Translations under genes and position numbers: made by a program
Part shown: piece after piece, positions 24,333-36,783 of the stretch
Numbering within the stretch: the stretch's first letter is position 1
Layout: the number at the start of each line of letters is the position of its first letter
Source: the human T2T-CHM13v2.0 reference genome, Homo sapiens
Assembly (NCBI RefSeq): GCF_009914755.1
Contig: NC_060925.1
Strand: one strand, 5' to 3'
Length of the DNA stretch: 64,000 nucleotides
Notes under the pieces: generated by a model
Told to the model about the DNA's origin: nothing
The model's input: the letters and a program-made list of their open reading frames with translations, nothing else
Database searches by the model: none

Positions 24333-24745
24333 ATTAATTCATTCAATATATTTATTGGGTAACTTCTCTGTATTGGACGTTGTTCTGGTTCTGCATGCTA
24401 CAAATACAGCAATACAGAAAAGGTATAAGGAGTTCCAGGTAAGGGAAGGTTCTCAGTTTTGAATGGGGTGGTCAGATGAGTTTGAGTCTGAAAAGTTGGC
24501 ATTTGAATAAGATGCTGAGGGAGGTAAGTGAGGAGCCATGAGGGTACCCAGAGGAAGAAAAAGAACAGCAAGTGCCAAGGTGAAGTGCAAAGGCAAAGTG
24601 CAAAGGTCAAATGCAAAAGCAAATTGCAAAGGTGAAGCACACCTGATCTACTCAAGGAACATCAGGGAGGCTGATGTGCTGAAAACAGAGTGAGTGGGGA
24701 AGAACAGTGAGAGATGAGCTCAGAGTGCTAATGGAGGTAGCAGAG
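24333..24745 (-). mobile_element. L2 LINE fragment with internal ~12-bp tandem expansion
   Basis: attcattcaatatatttattgggt (L2 tail); aagtgcaaagg-like units repeated at 24570-24637. Confidence 0.8.
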
Positions 24746-25048
24746 ACTGTAATCGTGATCTGTTTAAATAAGGGTAGTTTAATGAGCTATTCCTAGTGTA
24801 CTCGGGTGAAGGAACAAAATTATCCAAAAGTCAAGGAACTAACAAGTCTGGAGGTCAAAGGAGAATGCAGTCTGCCCCTTCCTTGACTTGGTTTGGCTCT
24901 CCACGCCTCAGGATTTCCTTTTGTAAAGTAAGACTAGCCATAGGAATCAAGGCTTTCTACTGAGCAGGAAGATGTGGCAACTTCACAGGAATGCTAAAGG
25001 AGATGCTCACAAGGAGAAAGAAGGAGCCTCCTTTATGATTTAACACCC

Positions 25049-25072
25049 AAAACAATAGTTCCATTGCCTACT
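25049..25072 (+). repeat. Copy 1 of exact 24-bp dispersed direct repeat
   Basis: aaaacaatagttccattgcctact, identical to 26651-26674. Confidence 0.95.
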
Positions 25073-25914
25073 GTAGTGCCTGGAATTCCACCTTTAAATA
25101 CCCAGCCCTTTAGGTTCTGAAGGCACTAAATGGAGGCGAGAGGGCACCAAACACAAACTGCACCTATTTCAAGATGCTGTCAAAAATCAGAATGTGCATC
25201 ATCCTCTTAACTCTGTTCTCAAAATTCTTAGGCCTCCTTTCTAATGTCTCATAAATTCATACCCATGGAAATGCCTATCGAGTATTATTATACTTGGTTT
25301 CATAAAATGTTCAGAGCTACAGGGCCCCAAACTCTCACACTTAAAGCTTTTTAGAAAGATACCGAGGGTCTCCTCTGTGCTTTATTATTATTGTCTAATA
25401 GGCTTAGTGTGCAACAGTGCAACAATCCAATAGGTCCAAGAAGAGGCACATTTTACTGAGTTTTACTTTCACATTGGGGCAATAAGACCTTATCTATCAT
25501 TCACCAGCTGTGTGATCTTGCTGGGCTTCAGTCTTCTCATCCATTAAATAAGAATCACAGTTCTTACCTAGTAGTGATATTGTGACATTTAGACATTTAG
25601 TGACATTAGACACAATCTAGAAAAAAAAAAAAAAACTGGCAGCAAAGGAGAGAGGAAAGGAGACAGTGACACAGTAGGACCTGTGTCCTTCTCACCTAGG
25701 AAACAACAGAGTTGGCAGAGTCATTCATTCAGCACATATATTGTGAACACCTTCCAAGTGACAGTTGTTACACTAGCACCCACAAGCCTCAATATTTGTT
25801 TCCTCGTGGGGAAAATGTAAAGGATGGGTGCCTGAGATACACCGTGGCTTTAAGACTGCCTACTGGGTCTATTCTCTCTCACTGGGACAAAGGTGAATTC
25901 CAAAGCCTCTCTAG

Positions 25915-26312
<398 letters not shown>

Positions 26313-26650
26313 TAAAATTATAGCATCACTTTATACAGGAAAAGTCCACCACATTTCATTTTGATGGCCAACAGATGATAAACAAATACTCATGATTCTA
26401 TTAACACTCTCTCTTTAATGCCCAATAGGCCCCTCCCCTGACTCTGTATGAGCTGTGGGGTCCCAGAGATCATTAAAGGAATACAAAGTGTTCACGTTAT
26501 TAGCATGAGTTACCATTTATATAACATGTGACATACGCAAAGTATTCTCTGATGATTTTTTATAACTTCCTGGTCTTGAGCATGGACATTTTATTTATTA
26601 TACAACTATATTGTTTGATTAAAACTGTGCTTTGGGGCAGATTAATACCG

Positions 26651-26674
26651 AAAACAATAGTTCCATTGCCTACT
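26651..26674 (+). repeat. Copy 2 of exact 24-bp dispersed direct repeat
   Basis: aaaacaatagttccattgcctact, identical to 25049-25072. Confidence 0.95.
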
Positions 26675-27609
26675 AGATCATACCAGCCCTAACCAGCCAT
26701 TATTATAATGTCCTCCCTAGGAAGAAAATGTTTATTTGTTTTATTTATTTGTTTACTTGTGCATTTGGTATCAAAAGCAACATTTTACAAAGTACATGGC
26801 AAGAAAAGAATTACACTGGGGTTTTAGCCCAAAAAGTGTTGCATGGTCAAATAAGTTCAACAGTGAAATAGGCAACTTGTAAACACAACACAATTTCAGT
26901 TTGCAGCATTCCCTAAAATCACTGGTCAATTGAACAAGAAGAAAGGGTCTCATGAAGGGTAATCCTGAAGGCAAGTGTGGGCGTTTTGTTTCTCCTGATT
27001 TCTCCAAATCTGTTTGGTGGGAGTAGTAGTCATTCCCTTGCACCTGGATGAAAATTTTGGCAATCTTATGACTTTTCTGACATCTCTTAGCCAGTGACTC
27101 AACATAGAGATTAGAATCTATCCGTGGATGTTTCCTATCTCCTGAGCTGGCTGCTGTGGGCAGAAGACATGCCTTCACGCATTGGGAGTGCCTAGAGCTC
27201 ACTTGCTCTGCCTCTCACAATCTCCCTCTCCTTTCCATCTCTTCCTCCAGCTTGCTTATCCTGATGTCTGGCCCCTTCATGGTTGGGGCACAGGGTCAGG
27301 GATAGGGGCTAGAAAGGGATGTAGGAAAGTTCTTACTTAATAGGCATTTTCATTAGATGGCTTTGAGATCTCTGGGCCTGGCAGGAGTTGAGAGCTGCCC
27401 TTTTTTGGTCATGTGTACTTTCATGGGACTTTAGAGGGTCCCCTGCTAGGTCTGCCAGCTGCCTCTCCCTTGACTTCATGTCCCTCCTTCAGCGGACTGG
27501 GACTGAGTCCGCTCTCCTCAGCTGCAGCCGCTGATCCACATCACTGATGTCCTTGCTCTGAGGGCCGTCTCCACCGCCAGCTGCCCTTTGATGCCAGAGC
27601 CCTTTTGTA

Positions 27610-28060
27610 AAGGACCCTGCAGGAGAAAGATGGAAGACTCAGAGCAACTGAAGGGAGTTTCACGAAGGACTGGTTACAGGTGGAGTGGGCAGGGTACAGT
27701 GACACCAACAAGAGAGGTGACATGACCACACACTGGCCAGGCAGAGAGTTATCACCACCCTTAAGCCTAAGGGAACAAGCAAAGGGAAGCCCATAGGAGA
27801 TGATCAACTAACAGAAGCCGGGGCCTTCCCTAGCTCAGTGTCTCGCCAACCCGCAACCCAGCAGGGGAACAGCCCAGGGAATGAATACACTGAGGTCACT
27901 CCTCCAGCTCTCCAATCTCCCTGGTGTCTCTTAGTGGCCAAACCCAAACAGAAAGCAGAGGGCAACCGAGTTGTCTCAAGGTGACCCCCAGAGGTCAGTC
28001 TCCTAGGGCACAGAGTGCAAAAGGGTGGAGAGAGATTTACTGGGGAAAATGGAGTATCCA
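27610..28060 (-). mobile_element. LTR33-like ERVL solo LTR
   Basis: Reverse complement begins tggatactccattttccccagtaaatctctctccacccttttgcactctgtgccctaggagactgacct, matching the remembered LTR33 5' end. Confidence 0.75.
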
Positions 28061-28099
28061 TTCCTGACCTCAAGGAGAGAACTTAACAGGTGTTCCAAA

Positions 28100-28500
28100 G
28101 CTTCACAGACTGGCCCCTGCCCACCACTTCGGCTGCTTCTTTGACTGTGTTCTCTCTTACTCTGCCCACTCCCACTGTTCCAGACATCTCTCCGTCACCC
28201 CAGTTGCATGCCTGTTCCCTCCACCTGCAGTGTTCTTTCTTCACTCTTCACCTGGTGCAATCTTTTTTCATTTTTTATGATTTATTTTAAGCATGACTTA
28301 CTCAGGGAACCTCTCATTAAAAACCTATACTTCTTTTACACGTTGATTTGAGCATTTGGAATTCATTGATTATGTTCAATTACATTCATTTCTCTCTGCT
28401 TCTCCGGACACAAGCTCCTTGAGGGCAGGGGCTTTGTTTGGCCTCATCCACTCCTTTTTCCTAGAGCCTGCACATGGCAGGAGCTCAGGAAGAGTTTGCT
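28100..28500 (+). mobile_element. L2 LINE fragment
   Basis: aagctccttgagggcaggggctttgt...gcacatggcaggagctcagg. Confidence 0.65.
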
Positions 28501-29425
28501 GTCTAGGCCTCAGTGTCCTCAATTAGAAAAGGATGGACTTTTGATGCAGATGAAGTAAAAGGCCCCTTTGAGCTCTCCAATTCTCTGAAATGGAAATGCT
28601 TGTCCCACAAGTGAGTCCCTCTTGACTTCTCTGTCAAGAAACTTCTTCCAGGTTTATACATTAGCCAGAGAATACAGTAGGGGGAGAAGGTTAGGAAATC
28701 TCAGATTACTTACGAGAGGTGAAAAATAGCATTACGGTGGACGTATACAGTTTCGCAAGGAAATGAGCAATCTCTTCTTTGATGGAATATGTGAAAGCCA
28801 AACTGGAAGGAATAATTAGATTAAATAGTGATGTAAACTGGAAAGGAAGCATTACTTCCTGCACTGTACCAAATGTCTTACAGGTGTCAGTGGGACCCAC
28901 CAGCTCAGTAATTAGGGTTTTAACTGTCTCCACTTAACTATGTGCAAGTGGTTGAAAACAGGAGTTTCATTGGGACCCCTGGCATCAGAACATTTTGGTG
29001 AAGTGAGCTTTGTTCTCAGTTACTCAGGGTAAAAAAAAAAAAAAAAAAAAAAAAACAGGATTCATGGTGAATGGATGTGGTAATGGCTTCTTTTTTAACC
29101 CATGCTACCCAGGGCTCTGCTAGTGTGTGCCCTGGAGAACCTTAGACCACAAAGAGTGTATACCCAAGGTGTGCCCTGAGGATGGAGCCAGCATACAATA
29201 CTCTAATTTGAGAGACAGCAAGGTTTTGTTGAAACTTGGCTCTTTCCCTAATTAGGTGTACAATCTTGGGGAAACCAGACCCTGAAATATCTGATGCACA
29301 AAGGGCACATCATGATACTCTGACACACCGAAAAGGTACCTGACATACAATGGAGGCATCATAAAATAGTTTTAAAATTTCAGTTTTGGAGCCAGGCAGA
29401 CCTGCATTCCAGCCCAGGCTTTTAC

Positions 29426-29788
29426 TAATATTGTTTGGCTGTGTCACCACCCAAATTTCATCTTGAATTATAGCTCCCACAATTCCCACGTGTCATCAGA
29501 GGGACCCAGTAGGATGTAGCTGAATCATAAGGGCAGGTCTTTTCCATGCTTTTCTTGTGATAGTGAATAAGTCTTATGAGATTTGATGGTCTTATAAAGG
29601 GGAGTTGCCCTGTACCTACCCCCTCGCCTTCTGCCATGTAAGACATGACTTTGCTCCTCCTTACTTTCCACCATGATTGTGAGGCCTCCCCAGCCATGTG
29701 GAACTGTGAGTCAATTAAACCTCTTTCCTTTATAAATCACCCAGTCTAGGGTATGTCTTTATTAGCAGCATGAGAACGGACTAATAGA
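29426..29788 (+). mobile_element. THE1B-type MaLR solo LTR inserted in a MIR
   Basis: gtttggctgtgtcaccacccaaatttcatcttgaattatagctccc...ttagcagcatgagaacggactaata. MIR halves flank it (ttggagccaggcagacctg / gactttgggcaagt). Confidence 0.93.
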
Positions 29789-29984
29789 GTCACTTATAAT
29801 CTGGATGACTTTGGGCAAGTACTCCTCCTCTCTGACCCTCAACTGATGTGTATGAAAACTCAGGTATTATAATACCTGTATCCCAGACCTGCTCGAATAA
29901 TGAGTTCTCTATAATATGGCAGCAATAACAAAACTACAATAGATGAATAGGTTGGTCCTACCTTATCCAAAAAGTCAGTCTCTT

Positions 29985-30470
29985 GTTTCATTCATTCATT
30001 CATTTATTTAGCAAGTATGTATTGAGGGCCTACTATGTGCCTGGCCCAGATTACACAGTAATCCCTGCTGTCAGGAGCCTTGCAGTCAAAGTGAGCTAGC
30101 ATAGCAGCAGACTTCAAATAAATAGACAATTCTGTGAAGGAAAATGCATAGTCCTGTGAATGTGATGAATGGTGTGTGTTATTTAGATGACAGTGCTCAA
30201 GGAAGGCTGCTCTAAGGAAGTGATATTTAAGCTAAGGCTTAGAGGATGAGTTGGCATTATCCAGGTGAAATGTGGGCAAAAGAGTACTTCAGATTGTGGG
30301 AACAGGATGTGTGAGAGCTCAGAAGTTTGAAGGAGCTTGGAAATGAATGTCAAGATGGCTAGAGTTTTGTTAACAAGGGGAAGAGAGGTGCAAAATGAGA
30401 CTGGACAGGTGAGCAGAGACCAGCTCACATGGATTTAATCCTACATGCAGGGGGAAGCCTTTCCCCATAC
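29985..30470 (-). mobile_element. L2 LINE fragment
   Basis: ttcattcattcattcatttatttagcaagtatgtattgagggcctactatgtgcctgg. Confidence 0.85.
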
Positions 30471-31514
30471 TTCCTTTATGGGGCAGAATCCCTGCCTGCT
30501 CCTGTCTTGCTGACTCCCAAAATGACCTAGAAGAGCAGACAATGCTGGTCTAAATGGTGGAAGATCTGTGTCCTAATCTCAGATTTACCATCTTATCCTC
30601 ATAAAGTGCCTCTTTAGCTGGTAGCTTTATTGTTTGACTTCCAAGTTTGCCTCTGGCAAAACAAGGTTCATTTGGGTAAAACTATCCCAAAGACATCATC
30701 CAGCCTAAAATTCTTACATTCCAAATTTCATATTCTTGCCAACTTCCATGGGTGTCATAAACACTGGGACAGTCACCTCCACTAACAAAGAGAAGGGCTG
30801 AGCATCTGCTCTGCTCATTGCTGCCCCACTGCCATCCGTGGAAAGTCTCAGGGGAAGTGCTTAGGAAGGAGGAGGAAACGCCAGGGCCTCACAAAGGATG
30901 TGCTGTCAGCAAGGGAAACAGCTGGCGAGGACAGAATGACAGTATTCAGGGCCCCTGCCAGCTTTTGGAGAGGGAAGAGAAGCGTTCTGCTCCCCAGGAG
31001 TGGAGGTGCAATGTGATCCCCTGGGGCGGAGCCTCTCTGAGGACACCTGGAACAAAGCAACCCTTAGATTATCCTCTTGGGCCTGCTCTGTTCTCTGATC
31101 AGTTTAGCTTCCGACCCACTAGTCCTTAGATTGGCCAAACCTCTTGCAATTTTGGCTGTGTTGGTACAGGCTAAGTCTGGTGGAAAGTTAAGGTAATTAA
31201 CCAGATGAATCAAATTTACGAAAAAAGTTAAGTATACTGAGTGCAGGGCTTGAATGCACAGTTTGGCTTCCTGCAAGCATTAGCCTTACTAGCTCACTGC
31301 TCAGCTCTCCACGTCATAGGCTGGGTGGTCACATTATTCCAGAGGACTCTGCCATGCAGTTAGAATCAGAAGCAAACAAATATCATTCATCCAGCAAAGC
31401 TTTAATGAGAGTTACAACGTGCTAAGCCTATGCTAAACCCTAAAGCAGCAAACAAAGACATGATTAGTCTCTATCTCTGAGAATCAGGAGCTCATACCTG
31501 GTTAGGCAAATGTT

Positions 31515-33297
31515 CTTTCTTTTTAATTTTTAATTTTTGTGGGTATATAATAGATGTATATATTTATGGGATACATGAGATGTTTTGATACAGGCATGCA
31601 ATACATAATAATCACATTGTGGAGAATGGGATTTCCATCTCAAGTATTTATCCTTTGTGTTACAAATGATCCAATTATACTCTTGTCATTATTTTTAAAT
31701 GTACAATTAAGTTAATATTGACTATAGTCACCCTGGTGTGCTATCAAATAGTAGGTCTTATTCATCATTTCTAACTATTTTTTTGTACCCATTAACCATC
31801 CCCACCTTTTCCCCACTCACCCCCACTATTCTTCCCAGCCTCTGATAACCATCCTTCTACTCTCTATGTCCATGAGTTCAATTGTTTTGATTTTTCAATC
31901 CCACAAAGAAGTGAGAACAGGCAATGTTTGTCTTTCTGTGCCTGGCATATTTCATGTAACATAATCATCTCCAGTTCCATCCAGGTGGTGGCAAATGACA
32001 GGATCTCATTCGTTTTCATGGCTGAATAGTACTCCATTGTGCATATGTAACACATTCTTTAACCGTTTATCTGTTGATGGACACTTAGGTTGCTTCCAAG
32101 TCTTGGCTATTGTACACAGTGCTACAACAAATATAGGAGTGTAGCTATCTCCTTAATATACTGATTTCCTTTCTTTCGACTATATACCCAGCAATGGGAT
32201 TGCCAGATGGTAAAGTAGGCTCTATTTTTAGTTTTTTGAGGAACCTTCAAACTGTTCTCCATAGTACATGTACTGATTTTCATTCCCATCAACAGTGTAT
32301 GAGGGTTCCTTTTTCTCCACATCCTTGCTAGAATTTGTTATTGCCTGTCTTTTGGGTATAAGCCATTTTAACTGGGGTAAGATATCTCATTGTAGTTTTG
32401 ATTTGCATTTCTCTGATGATCAGTGATGTTGGGCACTTTTTCATATGCCTATTTACTCTTTGGATGTCTTCTTTTGAGAAATGTCTATTTGAATATTTTG
32501 CCTGTTTTTCTATCAGATTATTAGATTTTTTCCTATAGAGTTGTTTGAACTCCTTATATATTCTGGTTACTAATCCCTTGTCAGATGAGTAGTTTGCAAA
32601 TATTTTCTCCCATTCTGTGGGTTGTCTCTTCACATTGTTGATTATTTCCTTTGCTGTGCAGAAGTTTTTTAACATGACGTCATCCCATTTGTTCATTTTT
32701 CCTTTGGTTGCCTGTGCTTGGGGGTATTGCTCAAAAAATTTTTGCCCAGACCAACGTCCTGGAGATTTTCCCCAATGTTTTCTTGTAGTAGTTTCATAGT
32801 CTGAGGTCTTAGATTTAATTCTGTAATCCTTTTTTTTGTGGGATGGGGTGGAGGGGGGGATAAGGTCTCACTCTGTTGTCCAGGGTGGAGTGCAGTGGCT
32901 TGATCTCAGCTCACTGCAGCCTTGATCTCCTGGCCTCAAGCAATCCTCCCATCTCAACCTTCTGAGTAGCTGGGACTACAGGCATGTGACCATCATGCCC
33001 AGCTAATTTTGTTTACTTTTTGTAGAGACAAGGTCTCATTATGTTGCCCAGGCTGGTCCTGAGCTCCGGGACTCAAGTGATTCTCCCTCTTCATCCTCCC
33101 AAAGTGTTCGGATTACAGGAGTAAGCCACTGCACCCAGCCTAAATCTTTAATCCATTTTGATTTGATTTTTGTATATGAGAAGAAATTGGGGTCTAGTTT
33201 CATTCTCCTGAATATGGATATCAAGTTTTCCCGGCACCATTTATTGAAGAGACTGCCTTTTCCCCAGTGTATGTTCTTGGCACCTTTGTCAAAAATA
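31515..33297 (-). mobile_element. L1MA2/3-type 5'-truncated LINE-1
   Basis: L1 ORF2 C-terminal peptides (31864-32696) and L1MA-type 3'UTR; TSD aggcaaatgtt at 31504-14 and 33298-308. Confidence 0.93.
32829..33140 (-). mobile_element. AluJ inserted in the L1MA; tail partly replaced by a G-rich tract
   Basis: aggtctcactctgttg...ctcaagcaatcctccc...agagacaaggtctcattatgttgcccaggctgg; degenerate TSD taattctgtaatcc/taaatctttaatcc. Confidence 0.93.
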
Positions 33298-33643
33298 AGG
33301 CAAATGTTTTAAAGTGGCAATCAGAAACTGGTGAACTGTAAAACAGTCAACCCACCTACAAGATGACCCTAATTGTTACAGGGTTTAGAGAAACAAGTAG
33401 CCAGTGCAGGCTGGGGTTGAAGAGGACAATTTGCAGAGGTGAAAGGCCTTAAAGAACAAGACACTCCAGCACCAAGGAAGAAAGAGGATAATCCCAATTT
33501 TTAGTTAAATTAATGAAAGCGAGGAGGTAAGACAGAGTGTAGAGAATTTAGAGGAATGCAAGGAACCACTACTAAAAAGTGCTGGAAGTTTACAAACTCA
33601 AATGTTTACCTGATTTGGGGGTCCCAGAGAGTAGTAGTGGGAA

Positions 33644-33969
33644 CTAATCCAGCATGGCTGATGTCCTTGTAAGAAGAAGAAAGCACCACATGAAGACAGA
33701 GACACGCAGAGAGACCACCTGGGGAAGACAGAGGCAGAGATTGGAGTAATGCAACTGCGAGCCAAGGAAAGCCAAGCATTGCCAGGAAAGCACCAGAGCT
33801 GGCAAGAGTCAAGGAAGGATTCTCCCCTACAGGTTTCAGAGGGAGCATGACCTTGCCAATACCTTGATTTTGGACTTCTAGCCTCCAGAGCTGTGAGACG
33901 ATAAATTTCTGTTGCTTTAAGCCACCCAGTTTGCAGTACTTGTTACAGCAGCCCTAGGAACCCCATACA
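33644..33969 (+). mobile_element. MLT1C-type MaLR LTR (3' part)
   Basis: gaggcagagattggagtaatgc...ggattctcccctacaggtttcagagggagcatg...ataaatttctgttgctttaagccacccagtttg...taca. Confidence 0.88.
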
Positions 33970-34180
33970 TACTCACAGGCATTCATTTAGCCTCAGTGGA
34001 GGTGCAATTATCCATCACAGAGACGGTGAGGGGGAGTAAAATAACACCTAGAAAAGTGCTTTACACTCCCCAGAAGGAATTACATTGCCAGATAAAGGAA
34101 TTGTACCCACAACCTGAGTGAATAGTGGGAATAAAGGAGGTAGCAACTGACAGTGAGAAAGAACGGAAGAAACAGTTTCA

Positions 34181-34340
34181 TGTAATCGAGTTACAAGATG
34201 ATGTTCTTAGGGCTGGCCTTAATCCAATATGACTGGTGTCCTTATAAGAAGAAAACACCACGTGAAGGCAGACACGCAGAGAGACCACCTTGTGACGACG
34301 GAGGCAGAGACTGGAGTAAGGCGGCTTCGAGCCAAGGAAA
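34181..34340 (+). mobile_element. Second MLT1C-type LTR fragment
   Basis: taatccaatatgactggtgtccttataagaag...gaggcagagactggagtaag...gccaaggaaa. Confidence 0.85.
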
Positions 34341-34399
34341 CTGTTTTACAAGGAACTGTTTTACAGCTCACTAGCTCCTGATTGCACTTATCAAGTTCA

Positions 34400-34610
34400 C
34401 GGGTGAAGGTATAAGCTTTAGAATCAAACAGGCCAAAACTAAACCCTGCTCTGCCTCCTACCACCTGTGTGAACTGGGTTGAGTTATTTCCCTCTCTGGG
34501 CCATCATATTTTCAGCTATAAAGTGGAGATAGTAACTGAACTTACCTTATAGAGGCAAGTAACTTTTAAAAGAACTATGATACACAAAGCCCATAGCACA
34601 GAGCCTGGCC
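34400..34610 (+). mobile_element. MIR SINE
   Basis: gctttagaatcaaacagg...ctgtgtgaactgggttgagttatttccctctctgggcc...agcacagagcctggc. Confidence 0.75.
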
Positions 34611-34867
34611 CCCAACCTACCAGGACCCAAGCTTTGCCTCTGGGGCCTCCCAAACCCACAGCTCTCTACAACATATGCAAGCTTCAGTCTCAGCGGAAAT
34701 GCCTTCATCCACCTCCCCTTACCAGAATTCCTCTCATCCTCCAGCACCTACTCCTGTCCCCTTGACCATTCCAGCCCTCGTGGTGTCCCCACTCTGAAAC
34801 CCTATAACACAAAATTGCCTTTCCCACCATAAGACCAGCTTGCCTTTTTTTTCTTTTCTTTCTTTTT

Positions 34868-34899
<32 letters not shown>

Positions 34900-34903
34900 T
34901 TTT

Positions 34904-35205
34904 TGGCTTATAAACAACAGGAATTTATTTTTCATAGTTCTGGAGGCTGCAAAGTCCAAGGTCAAGGCACCAGCAGATTTGAGCCCACTTTCTGCTTCAC
35001 AAATGGCACCTCCTTGCTGTGTCTTCACATGGCAGGAGGGGTGAAGCAGCTCTCTGGGATCTCTTTTATAAGGACACTAATCCCATTCATACTCTGCCCT
35101 CAGGACCCAATCACCTCCCAATGACCCCACCCCCTAACACCATCACACTGGTGATTAGGTTTCCACATATGAATTTTGGGAGGGACATAAACACTCAGAC
35201 CATAA
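34904..35205 (-). mobile_element. MLT1A/MSTD-type MaLR LTR
   Basis: ggcttataaacaacaggaatttatt...gttctggaggctgcaaagtccaag...atatgaattttgggagggacataaacactcagaccata. Confidence 0.85.
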
Positions 35206-36366
35206 TCTCTTGGCCTCTTTACAAACACCACAGTTTGGCACTAAGAGTGAAAAGATAAGGAGAGAACACTGCTTTGCCTTTTTTTTTTTTTTTTACATGC
35301 CCTGCCTTCTGCCCCAAGCTGTTACCCACATTGAAAGCCAAAGAAAGAGAAAAAAGAAAGGCAACATATTCCTCAACACTCACGCTAAGACACAGGAGAT
35401 GCTGGGCACTTTCATTCCTCGTCATTTCATTTCACTGCACTTCACTCCATCCCCATGACACCTCTCTAATGTATGTGCCTAACCCCTGTCTCTCCCCACA
35501 CTTTATGGATCTAGAATAGCCTCCTGGCACATGGTAGGTGCTCAGTAAAAGCTATTATACCATGATAATTGTATGTCATGTTATACCATGACAATAATAA
35601 CCTTCAGCTCCTCATTTGGGCTAGTATGAGAGAAGAGCCAAAGAAAAGAAAGAAGATTCTATGTGTCTCTGAAAAACTGTCTGATGCTGCAGCCAGCAAA
35701 AAGGGAAGGTGGTGCTGCTTTAGAAACAGGCTTGGGAGCCCAGAATTTCCACATGCCTAGCACACCTTGACCCAAGTCTACTTCTAACACTACCCACCCC
35801 TGCCAAGCTAACCGTCGAGAGAATAATCTTATTATTGGTAACCTCTTCCCAACAAAGCCTCACCACAGGACAGCCTATTAGGCCGTCGGGCCTTATTAGT
35901 GCTTGTGGCAGCGCGGTCGAGTGTAACTGGATCTGGAGCCCTGTGCTAAATGCTCCATCTGGAGCTACTCTCTCTGAACACGGAGGAGGGCTGCACCCTC
36001 CTCATCCTTAAAAGTCTTCTAAAGAATGGCTCAAGTTTCCCAAACCTGCTCAAAGCGAAGACAGCATCCACCATCTGAGGCTCCTCACTCTTATGTAGAC
36101 AAACCTAGCAAACAGTGGCAGAGACCTATTCCCCCTGGTCTTGTTCTTGAGAGGGGCACTTTGCTAATAGACTTATGAATTCTCTGTCTTCTGATAAATT
36201 CACTTTAAAAATATCTATTGAACAGAAATGATATGCCCGGCATCATTGTTGTACTGGGGTTACAGTAGTGAACAGCACAGAAAAACAATCTCTGTCTAGA
36301 GCAGCTTATGCTCTCCTGAGGGAGGCAGAGAATAAATTTAATTTTGAGAAAGTCAATTACAGGGAC

Positions 36367-36783
36367 TGGGAATCCGTTGGCTGGGGCTGCCATTAAATTG
36401 TACCGTAAATTGCGTGGCTTAGACAACAGAAATATTTTGTCTCACCCGAAAGCTAAAAGTCTGAAATCAAGGTGTGAGCAGGGTTGGTTCCTTCTCAGGG
36501 CTGTGAGGGAAGGATCTGCCCCAGGGCTCTCTCCTTGGCTTGCAGATGGCTGTCTTTTCCCTGTGTCTCTTCACGCTGCCTTCCCTCTATGTGGATTTGT
36601 GTCCACATTTCCCCTTTTTATAAGGACACCAGTCAGATTGGATTGGGGCCCACCCTAATGATTTCATTTTAACTTGATTACCTCTGTAAAGACCCTATTT
36701 CCAAATTAGGTCACATTCTGAGGACCCGGGAGTTAGGAATTCAACACAGGAATTTGGGAAGGGACACAGTTCCACCCATCACA
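36367..36783 (-). mobile_element. MLT1B-type MaLR LTR inserted in L2 (L2 flanks ~36200-36360 and ~36785-37100)
   Basis: agtctgaaatcaaggtgtgagcagggttggttccttct...tataaggacaccagtcagattggattggggcccaccctaatga...gggacacagttccacccatcaca. Confidence 0.88.

Noticed and set aside
26771-27202. 143-aa minus-strand ORF in unique DNA
   Set aside because: Non-ATG start, no recognisable domain or supported exon boundaries; PhyloCSF would be needed to rescue it
31864-32696. ORFs with strong L1 ORF2 similarity
   Set aside because: Fragments of a truncated, frameshifted L1MA; not a host gene
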